Assembly: GCA_002633005.1 (NCBI GenBank)
Contig: NMRA01000234.1
Span: 245,535 to 309,534, forward strand
Source: Phoronis australis
Taxonomy: Eukaryota > Animalia > Phoronida
Direction: 5' to 3'
DNA length: 64,000 nucleotides
Under the pieces are notes generated by a model, which saw nothing but the letters and a program-made list of their open reading frames with translations, made no database searches and had not been told where the DNA came from. Numbering within the stretch: position 1 is the first letter of the stretch; every line of letters starts with the position of its first letter. The position numbers were made by a program, and so were the translations under genes. This document shows positions 25,601 to 37,600 of the stretch, piece by piece.

Positions 25601-28600
25601 AGCTGTCAACTTTGCTTTTATTTTATTTAGCTCACAAAAGTACAGATTCGGAAAGTACAAGAAAAACAAGACGAATGAAAATCAGTGAAAATACAAGTGA
25701 GAAACACGGATAGCACAAAAAGTCAGAGACCTGTTTCAATGATAGTCCAAAAAAGATTAAATAAAAACTGAAAACATGTTTATAAAAACAGGAACAAAAT
25801 ATAAATTAAAATAAATCTAAGTGCACAAATGATATAAAATGAAAGATTTAAACGACAAAAGTATATAACACAATGTAAAAATTAATTAAAATAAAAATGA
25901 ATATCAGACATATAGGTTACTCTAGGTATTTGACATTTTATCACACAAAAATGTGGTACAGTAATTAATAGACGTTTTATACAAAAAAAGGACAGAGCAT
26001 CTTCAATAATTTTAAGAAGTTTATACCAGGTTTGAGTGCTAATGTAATGAAATGACGCTTGGTTTACAGTAGGGAATTTGCAACAAAGAAGTGCTATAGT
26101 GAGTGCTGTGTCTATGAGAGGCTATAAGAAGCAAGAGTGAGGGAGAAGAGGCGTGAACATTTTGGAAAAGTAGCTCTAGAGGAAAAGGGTAAATATTAAC
26201 TTGGTGGAATTCAGATACTCCGATATTACTTCCAGGGTGATACTTTTGTTAGAACAGCACTGTAATTTTTCATTGGATGCTTTAGTACCATTTTGAATGA
26301 GTATTATAATTAGTAACACACTGGGCATTCTATCATTCGGGTGTTGTTTTTCTCCGTTTAAAGTATGCTAAGGTGACAATGTGACAAGCACAATTTCTAA
26401 GCCAGGAGTTATCTCTTAATATAGTACAAACTTCGATATTCAGAAACAAACAACAGGTAAAAAAATGAAGAAAAAATATGCCGTTTTCATTCAGGTTCAC
26501 ACTCTGGATTTCGTGAATACAAAACTGGGGTTAATCAGAGTAGAATAAAATATGACCTGTCCCAGGTGATTTAGTCAAGCACAGTGGAATAAAATGCGAC
26601 CGGTGGTCACAGGGGATTTAGTCTCATCAAAATTCCTCACGGGTGGCCATGGGCATAATATAAACAATCATTTACATCATTCTGATGCAGGCTAAGCTGT
26701 TGTTCATAAGTGGTTTAATACAAAATAAATATTAAATATATTTCCATTAGGAAATTAGAGCTTGAGGTAATATACCTTTAAAACAGTAGTCTCAAATTCA
26801 TTTTCTATTAAAACTCTACTTAAGTCTCTGTCTGTGAAGTTCACGTCTGAAAGAAAAACATACAAGTAATTTTACAATTTTTCTGGAACAGTCCTAAGCA
26901 TAGAGACAATGTAAAAATGTAAAGTTACTATTCCACGTTGCCTTCCATCATAGAAAAAAAACTTTTGATTGAGACCACTTTACAATAATAGGTCTGAAAT
27001 TGTTCTGTAGTCAAATTAGAAGTGATTTCATGGCTATGAACTAATAGTTTGTTATTGCTCAAGACCAGGCTTGTCACGAAGTGTCATTTTATGCGCTGAG
27101 CATCAGCTCAATGACTGCCAGTTCTTTGCAAAACTAGAAACCATTTCTCATCTGAGTAATGAAAAGGCCAAGATCAATTTTACAGTGGTAAGCTGTCACA
27201 ATAAAAAAGTTTGATTCTTGGATTGAACAAGAGTTTATAGCCACTTTGACAACATAGCAATCTGGTGACCGACAATACAGTAGTTCTCAAACATTTGTCA
27301 AATTTATTGAAAGTAATGAAATTATCATAAATAAATTATTGTTACAGAAAATTCCCAAAATTCCTGCTGCGAAACTTCTTTTGCTTTTAACAATCATGAT
27401 TCTTGTCCTTTTATTTTAAACCATTTCCAAAATTTACAGTCAATTAAAGTTCAGCAAAAACAGAAACAAAGCTTTTTATATTACCTTTAAACTGAGCAAT
27501 ACAGACATGACGACTGGGTCCCCACTCCCCAAGTATCAATGGCAGAAGTTTAAATTTACCTTTAAACTGAGATATACAACCATGACAACCCAACCTCTTA
27601 CACCCCAGTAAGGATGACAGGAGTTTAACATTACCTTTAAACTGAGCTATACAACCATGACAACCCAACCTCTTACACCCCAGTAAGGATGACAGGAGTT
27701 TAACATTACCTTTAAACTGAGCTATACAACCATGACAACCCAACCTCTTACACTCTAGTAAGGACGACAGGAGTTTAACATTACCTTTAAACTGAGCTAT
27801 ACAACCATGACAACCCAACCTCTTACACTCCAGTAAGGATGACAGGAGTTTAACATTACCTTTAAACTGAGATATACAACCATGACAACCGAGCCTTCTA
27901 CACCCCCAGTAAAGATGGCAGAAATTTCTCCAGCACACACAGCCTGTAATGAAAGAGTTGTGGGAATGTGACCAAATGGAACTCTGATATGATTTTTCAA
28001 TAAAAAAACACAAAGGATTGCTCTGAATATACATGACAATGTTTAGAAAACAAACACACAAAATCTTGTCCAAGTTGAACATCATGAAGGGACTCAGAAC
28101 ATAATTGACAAAACAGTTATCAACATAGAATTACCTTTTAAATGATTATGATTCAAGAATTTGACAAGATTTTGCCGACAATACTTTCGAGAGTACCATT
28201 CCTCTGCATTAAGTATACATAAAGTAAGCCTTCATTCACTTAGTATGTTGTAACCGTAATTTTAAAGCTAAAATCAGGTCATCATGACAAAATTCATCAA
28301 ACTTGAATGATCGTTACTGGCACAATTAAAACTGTGTTTCGCCCATTACGCTGTAAATGTTGAATTTTAACCAAAGAGCTTTGGGATTAAAAAATTTCCA
28401 TATTTCTCATCTGATCTTGAATTATTGCAGAATGAGCCGGCAAATCAAGTCACAGGCAACGAGTATGCATCATTTTTGAATCTGTAATTTTAGGGATGGC
28501 CAAGCCCAATAAAGTCTGAAAGGTTTTCGTGAGGTGCTGATGGTTGTGATAATCTTGTTGGAAACAAAATCTAATCACAGAAAGGAATATTGCGAGAACA

Positions 28601-31600
28601 TTTCATGAAAGTAAAAGACCTAATTTGACTTTTGATATTAGGAAGCTAAACAGGGAGGAAATGTACATTTTACATTATTCAAGCTTGGAAATATTGTTCA
28701 TCAAAGTTATCAGAATTATCTTTAATATGTGAAGTTCCACATCTGTCAAGCTTGTATAGCCTAATATTAACAAACTTGAATATATGGGATCAACTGTATT
28801 GTCACGCATGAAAACAATATGGGAAAGGAATATTTTGATCACTACTTAGAAAGAGAATAAGTTTTGCTTGGTGATGGAAATCACTTAAGATAGCAAGCTT
28901 GAATAATTTTACTGGTCAGCAATCTTGCTCAAGCTTTCATAGTAATGGTTACCATGAGGTATTCCATGTTGAAAAATTTGACTGCCATGACAAGCTTAAA
29001 AAAGTTTTTAGATGAGCCTTACTTAACTTACTCATCACCTTGTCCAAGATAACCAAGTAATGGTTAGTAGCTTAGAGTTCAGTTCATTGCAACTGGTCAT
29101 TTTAGAGTAGCTGATTTTACAAACAATATTTGAAGCATATCTCACAAAACCTAGAATACGAAATAAGTTATTACCTACCAATGAGAAATTAGTAAAGACA
29201 GACATCTCTCCATGGCTGTTTTAATGAATCTATCACTGCGGCCAAAATTAAACAACCATATAACTGCTGGCCAACATTACAAGGACAAAATGGGGACAAC
29301 ATGAAAACAGCATCAACGACAAAGTTGCCACACTCTCTACTCTATACTGTCAGGGGAGATTACTAATACATGATGTTTTAGAAATGCTGACATATGAAGC
29401 TCTCTATACTGCCAGGGGAGATTACTTACATGATGTTTGAGGAATGCTGGCATCTGTTACTCGTTCATGCCTTCTGTCGGGCATGGGCTGGTAACAACAT
29501 TGGCAAGAGACGTGGTTTTGGCGTGGCGCACACACAAACACAGGAGGCGTTCGTTGTGCTGGATTAGTCGAAGTCACGGTTTCTCCCGGTACAGGCTGGC
29601 TGCTGCTAGGGGGAGCTGCCACTGACACTGAGCTTGTTGATGACGTTGGCGTGGCTGCACCAGCATTGCTAACTGTGATTACTGGTGACAGGTTGCTCGA
29701 CAGTAGATGGCTTCCAGCAGCAGCTGTGGATATAGAGCTGGATGTGGTTGTAGGCAAAGAGGTCGATGATTGCCCAGATGTTGTGAGAGGTGAGATCGTG
29801 CCCGGAGGAAGGTTACTCTGTCCTATAGAGCAAGTAGAGTGTACAGCAATCAAACATAGAAGACAGCAATATAGACAGGTAATAGTATGAACATTCAATG
29901 TCAACAATATTTTGAAGACAACTTATACCAAATACAAAATTTTGTTCTCAAAAACATTATCGTATGCACGTAACAAGTCTTCTACAAACTCGTGTCTGCA
30001 CTAATAAAACATGCTTTATTTACCCACAAAACACTGCACACACCTCAAGTTCACGGAGAACAAACACAGCTCAGGCACCTATAAACACTGCTCCAGCACC
30101 TATAATCACGGCTCACAATCTTCACATACTGTTCACAGCTCACCCATATGTTACTTAGTGGATATGAGCCTGTGAGTCGTGCTTTTCAGGTGTGCAAGTC
30201 GTTTTGTGAATGCAGCAAATTTTTGTGAATCACGAACTGAGTATACTGATCCATGAGCTGTGTTCATAAATTCAAGGCCTGTGTTGTTCGCGTGCTTGAG
30301 GAACCAGTGCATAACACTCAAACATTCATGGTCAACACTCACTGACTTCCAACAGGCAGACTCAATAAACAAATAGATAACAAAAGGAAAAATAAAAACA
30401 ATGGGATAACATACGACACGATAACTTGGCTATAACATAGCAAAAAAAATTTAGGACTAAAATGCAAACTTTTACAGTGATCAGTTGTTACCCTTGTTCA
30501 AAAAAACCTGACCTTACATTATCTACAATATGTGATTACAAATTGTAACAGATGAGTTGCTTAACACTTATTAAAATATTATTGCAAAAATCTTTCTGAG
30601 CAATCACTTTAAGCGCCAGCTTTTCCCAGCTGTATTCATAACCAACCTGTTAAAGCTGGCTGGGCGGTACTGGCCACTTGACTATTGTAATCTGGGCACT
30701 GGCGACATATAGTTCTTGGAGGCCTGAAATGAGGAGACACAAATTTTGCAATTTAAAAGAAGACTCAAAAGACTATTCGCATTACATTATTTTGTAATCA
30801 GCTTACAACTCGAATGCCAAGTTTATAATCAAGGGTTTTGTGGCTCATTAATTCATGAGAAAGTTGACTGAAACAGGTGACCACCTGAAAAGATTGCATA
30901 GTATCAATAAGTTTAGCAACTGGTCATTCACTGTAACTACATTCACACTGAATCATCTCTGCCAAACCCTCTCTCCTGTGTGCCCCCTTTTGTTGTCAGT
31001 GTGAACTAAAACAAGACACAATGGTTTAGAACAGCCTCTAATATGACTCGTTTTTTGTCCAATAAGTAGTGGTCACCCTTTGAACACAGTCCAAGAAGCT
31101 AATAGAACAGAAAATTCTGTAACCAACATTTGATACAGGGGAAAAGTCAACTTACTCAGCAAATACAATATATATCATAAGGTCAAAGCACGTCTCCAGG
31201 ATTTAAAAGAACTCCCTACGTTGTACTCACCCCAACAAAAGTCTGTCAATTGGGGTCGCCGAGACAAGTGAAGGGGTGAAACGAAACACACCAGATGTTG
31301 CGCTGTGAGGAAAATAATAAGTTTTGATATCACAATAAAACGCTTGTAAGATCCTTAAAGACAAATGCAAAAGTAAAGATGAACAGTGATTGTCCCACAA
31401 AATCAATGGATCAATGGAGGCTGGTAGTGGTAATAATAATAATGATGATGATGATGATGATGATGCCGACGACCACAACAGCACCTGCAGCAGCGACGAG
31501 CATGAGGACGATGACAAAAATCAAAGTAAGTTTACACGGAAACAATTAGATCGCAAAAACACTCAAATTGTTTTAAAACAATGAGTGTTGTGTAATCTCT

Positions 31601-34600
31601 TTGAAGGTGTGCCATAAACACATATCAGGTGAGGTGTCGTCACTTTACCTTAAAATTTCAATGAATATTCAAATGGCCTTATATTTAGAACTGACACGAG
31701 GTCTTCCAGTTATCTGACATCAGAGAACCAGAATTAATATCTTGTATGATCAACACCTGGGAGTTTGTATGAACTCTGGGACTGCCCCATGTCTGTAGTT
31801 ACCTTTACATGGTCACACGGTGCAACCTTGCATGAATCTACACAATACAATCTACACAATACAATCTGCACAATACAATCTGCACAATACAATCTGCACA
31901 ATACAATCTGCACAATACAATCTGCACAATACAATCTGCACAATACAATCTGCACAATACAATCTGCACAATACAATCTGCACAATACAATCTGCACAAT
32001 ACAATCTACACAATACAATCTGCACCATATAATCTGCACCATACAATCTACACCATACAATATACACAATACAATATACACAATACAATCTACACAATAC
32101 AATCTACACAATATAATCTACACAATACAATATGCTAATGAGAAAGAGAAAACCCAGGAATAGAAATCATAGTTTTGTGAACTGCCTTATAAGATGTGTG
32201 GACAACTTGATATCTAAGAATATTATTTTACATTTAACTTTGGACTTACGATGTTTTATGTGAATCCTGGGACAGCAGTTTAATCTTTCACTCGAAATCG
32301 AACTCAAAAACATTTTTTAGTTATTTAGCCTTTTCCATTCTACTTCTGAATCAATACAAAATCAAACTGAGTGTCTGTAACTCAAACTAAGTGTATGTCA
32401 TTCTGCACCTGAGTACACTTATGGTTTACACAAGTGAGTGTCCAGTCCAACTTTGCAATTGATGACCCCAAGATTCGAGCAACTAACAGCAGTAGAAACT
32501 CGAAATTTCAAGTTCGGACATCAAGCACAAACAGCGATTACATAATCATCCATGTAAACCATAATATATTCAAGCACCAAATTATAGACAAGTCCTTATT
32601 CAAGTACAACCGAAAATGCCAAAAATATTTTTGAGATCAATTTCGAATAAAGAGACTAGATCCCAGGACCTGGTTTGAGCGCACGAAATTTCTTTTCTGG
32701 TTGCATAAAATTTACACTCTGGACAGCAAGGTAATGGTCTGATATAATGTGCCCAAATTTTGAGAACCAGTTTTTTCCACTGAACATCAGGCATCAAACT
32801 GGTTCTCAAAATATGGGCAGACTATTGCCAGATAGCATCAATGACGTTGCATTATCACATGTCACATGCCTATTTTTGCACAACGCATTTGGCGTCACGT
32901 AGCAATCAATTTATCCGGCAGGAGTTCTACACAACCCATCCTAAGACATTTAGTTCAGTGGCAAGTCAAGCAAACATGCAGCATGCATAACAATTTTCAT
33001 ATTGATCAAATAAATACGCCATCTCTTGAAAACGTGTCCAGTACTTACACATTATTAAGAGAGATCTCCACCACATCGCCTGACTCACTGTCGCTATAAC
33101 TGTCTTCCTCATCACTACCGTCGTACGTATGACGCCTCCTCTTAGGGTACAGCTGGAAAAATACACACCTCAAATAATTTAGTGAAAGAACCATAACTCT
33201 CAGACATATTAACAAGGACAATGCAAAGCACTGTAATACACCCACAACTACATCGCAAACAGCATGCTTTTAGGAGTGTTTATTAATACCATTAAAAAGC
33301 CAACTAGTAATTTCAACTTTGAAAGGATTGCTGTCCACAGTAAACCCTCTTTCTGTCTCAAAAACACCTTTTGATTTAGATCACTTATCAGTATGAAATT
33401 GGTATCAAATTGTTCCTTAGTCAAATTGGAGATGATTTCAGGGATTTGAAAGAATCGACAGTTGGTTTTGTATGAGGCAGGCTCCCAAGTCGACTTGTCA
33501 TGGCGTGTCTCATGGAATAACTAACTGTCTATTAGTTGGTTGACCTAAAATCACCAGTCATCTGAGAATGGAACAGCATCAAGTGATCTAAATCAAAATA
33601 ATAATTTCTTTGACGAAAATTAGGTTTATTGGCCCCTGAACTTCATTAACAAGAATTGAATGTCCTACTAGTAGACTGTAAAACTACCACAAAACCTTAT
33701 AATGGGCATGCAAGCAATGCACAGATTTTTGAACTCATTGATTGCATTTTTTCTCAAAAATTGTGATTATTGTCAGAGATATTTTCCGAAACAGACAAGG
33801 TGTGTTAATACCTGCAATTTCTGGCAGTTATGCCACGTTCCAGGTCAGGATGGACGTCAATGCATCAACCAGTCCATGGAACGAACTCCCAGGAAGTAAC
33901 AGTAACATGCAAATTAACGTAACTATTGAACAACAAATTCCAAACCAATAACATTGTTACCATGTCTCTTGTAATTGTATTCTTGTCATCCAACTCTTTC
34001 AGATCTTCCTCTGAGCGCATCTTGTCTAGAAACAATTCAAAAAGGAAGGTTGTTCACAAGTCTGGGCCAAAGGCATGCCAACAATAACTTTACTTTTGTG
34101 AACTATTGGAAATGAGTATAGCTTAGAATTATTGTAAGATATTCCTGACACTTATTAATCAATACACAAGTCCTCTAAGGCTGACACAAGGTAACTTCTT
34201 TCAAGACTTCATTTTTAGACACAGTACAACAAGTCAAGGTCAATATACTTCAGACAAATTACCACAATTAATAAATGCACCAGTTTTATCAAATTTCATT
34301 TTTAAATCCCTGTCCCTAATTCATATAGTTTTATAGTTCCTTAACACTGCCTATGTTCAAGAATGCCACCACAGAAATTTTCGGTTGTCAAAATGTACAC
34401 AACTCACCTGCCCATGACAAACTAATAGTACATACTTGTGTGCACATTTAGTCAAACTTTCATTGTCCCAATACACATAAAATAACCGACATGAACACAA
34501 CTCCCACATTTTTCATTTTTCATCAATTTTGTTATTAAACATGCATACCAAGTTTCACATTTCCAGTTTTAACGTTTCACATTTTAAAGTTTCACATTTT

Positions 34601-37600
34601 AAACACTACGTATTAAGTCACGTTAATAGGCTATCTCAATTACAACAATCGAAATTTTGATAAAATGAAAATACATGCCAGTGATGAATTAATAAATTTC
34701 CATGCCAATATGTCCTTGAATAAATCGCTTTTTATTCAATACCAACCTGGGTGAGTTTTTAGATAGGCATCAACCAAGTTGTTGACAATGTGGTTTTTGT
34801 TGATCCTTTCAACTCTCAGTCGACACTGCAACACGTAACATGTAAATATTTGCTGTTTCAGAAAAAGTGATGCATGAAACAATGTCATCAATGTTCACAA
34901 AACCAGCAGTCCTAAGCCCAGATACAATCATAAACATACTGACTGTAAACAATTATTTTAAAGCCATTGCAACCTGTGCTTTTTGCCAAAAAACAATTTC
35001 TGATTTTGTGTCACTTACTGTAATAACATCATCTTACTCAGTGTTGACAATAGATGTCGCTAGTGTCAGTTGTCACATGTTCAATAGAGAATGGTGTCTT
35101 CTATATTGACCTGATGTTGTTAATTTTACTCTCTCATTTCGAGCGCTTTTTGGCAAATTCAAAGGGTTTTTGACTTGAGCTACTACCCAACACTCAGATT
35201 AGAAGTGATTTCTAAGCTTGCAAAGAACCAACAGCTTGTTTATAGATTCAGACTAGGTCGTGACCGTCCATTAAGCCGCATGTCATGGCAGATTAGTTAG
35301 TCAGTCGCCAAAAGAATATGGCTGTCACTATAACTATCAGGTGCATTCTGGGTGATTTATTACAACCAATCTCAACCCAAAGGACAAGACTATAATGATG
35401 TTACTTTGGAAGACCAAATATGCATGTGAAGAAAGATGCTACTTTCAACACAAGAAAATTGTTGACAATGGCTTTAGCTTCCAGCTTAAGTTCTGCAATT
35501 ATAGCATAAAATCTAGGATAATCAGTACAGCATTAACCAAATATTTGTCTTCACTGCCGAATTTTACAAAATCCACTTCTTAAAATCTTTCATTCATATA
35601 GTTCTGCCTACAACATCATGCTAGGACTCCATCACTTTGTACGGTTGACTGTTCAAACTACTTACTGTAGGACACTCAGACGACCTTGTCATCCAGCCAG
35701 AGTAACAGCCTGAGCAGAAGGAGTGCATACACGGCTGTAGACTGATACAGTCATGAAGCAGATCCTGGCATATCATGCACCTCAGCGTCTCCTCAAAATC
35801 ATCTTTGGTCTCCATTTGTTTTTTCCTGCTCTCATTAAGTTGTACGTCTGCTTTAGAACGACAATACATGTTGTTGGAATACAACTTTACAAGAAGTAAA
35901 ATAACGTAATTAGAGGTCGACAGTCCTCCAATAAATCTACGTAATTGTGTCAGCACTGGTATATGGTATCTTAAAAACAAATCCCAGTGTTTGTGGTGTT
36001 TTTAGAAGTATATACCTAACTGTGTATGAATTGGCACATACTTTCATTATTGATCATAACTTAAGCTTCCACAATTGCCCAACACATTTGTAACAACTGA
36101 ATCGCCTTTCTCGCGATCAGAGTTTCAATTCTCCCAATAACATACATGACAATATAATCAGTGTATATAATTAATTGGCCGAACATTGGAGAATATGTCA
36201 GCACTTTGAATGTGAACAGTGACAACAAAGTTAATGAGATGAACAGGAATAAGCATAAATGCCGCTGTTTAGCAAAGTAATTTAGTCTGTGTCACATGAT
36301 CTAGCAGTACCAGTGATGCAGAATGGGGCGTGCAGAGCATGACGTGGATGTGCGACAAGTTGAGGAAGTAAACTGGAGCAAATCTCTAAATAATGGTAAA
36401 CTTCGCTATTTTAATCAACAATGATTATTTTTCCATAATTTGACATTTCGGGAAAATCTGGAATAATTAACAGGCACAATACTAGTGTTGAAACAGTAGA
36501 GAAGATTCCTCCAATTATTCATTAGATACACTGCTTGTGACCTCAAATGCATCAGGGTGAGATTTCCATGGTGTATGTGATAGCATTTGAACACAAAGTG
36601 CAAATAATGGATGAATGGCTGGACTATTGCAGAGGGGAATGGTGTCAGGAATTAATAAGCCAGTTCATGACATGCTTATGTTAATAGCAATCATAGCCCT
36701 CAGATTTGTACTCGATTAAACAAATACTGAGACAAAATAGGATTCCAAGAAAAAGATGTAAAAATGGCACAGATTGCAGTGTTTTTAAAAATCTCAGATA
36801 GAATTTACAATCTAATAGACAGTCTACCACTGCTAGGTCAACAAAAAATCTTTCTAAATTGCTTCAATTTTGTATTTTGGTGAAATTTCAATCCATAGAA
36901 AATATTATATCCACCAATGAAGAATGAACCTTGCTGGTCAAGGCAAATTGTGAGTTCTCCATTGTTATAAAAATTGTTTAGTATCCCTTACTAGAGGCAG
37001 TCATACCTTGTTCTTTATGCACGGTCTCCACTGACAGCTTATCATTGCATTCTTCTGAGGGAACATTTGTAGTTCCACTGCTACACTCAGATGTTGTTAA
37101 CTCCAGCGCCATCTTTGAAGTCGTGGCAACTTGGGAAGTGTGTGTTTCTAACTTTCTCTTTTTAGCAGGTACGTCACTCTTCATTGGAAGAGGCTCACAA
37201 GCAGTTGGGGAATCTATATGTAGTGTAGGAATATGTTGTCTTACTTAAAAGTTTGTAAAGAAAGTTTCTTGTCGATTCAATAAATAAATTAAAATTATAA
37301 ACAAATTCAGACAGGACTACAGACAGTTCAATATGTTGCACTTATGTAATACGTAATATTATTGCAAGATTACTGACATTAAATAATCAAGCATTGAACT
37401 CAATTCTGTGTACTAATCACCACAACTAGACATCTCTAAGTCCCATGCAATCTTTATTGAGTTGCCAACTTCAGACTGGATTAAAGTGAGATAACGTAGG
37501 TGAATGTTTCCATTTGTGCAATCCTTTCTTGGTGTTGGCTTGTGTAATAAGGTACACTCACAGTATTAATAACACAAATTTTAAACAAGGCGTTTCATAT

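Noticed and set aside
31734-32163. Four overlapping repetitive ORFs (Cys-rich or QYNLHNT repeats)
   Set aside because: They are translations of a 14-bp minisatellite inside a CHFR intron, with no supporting splice context
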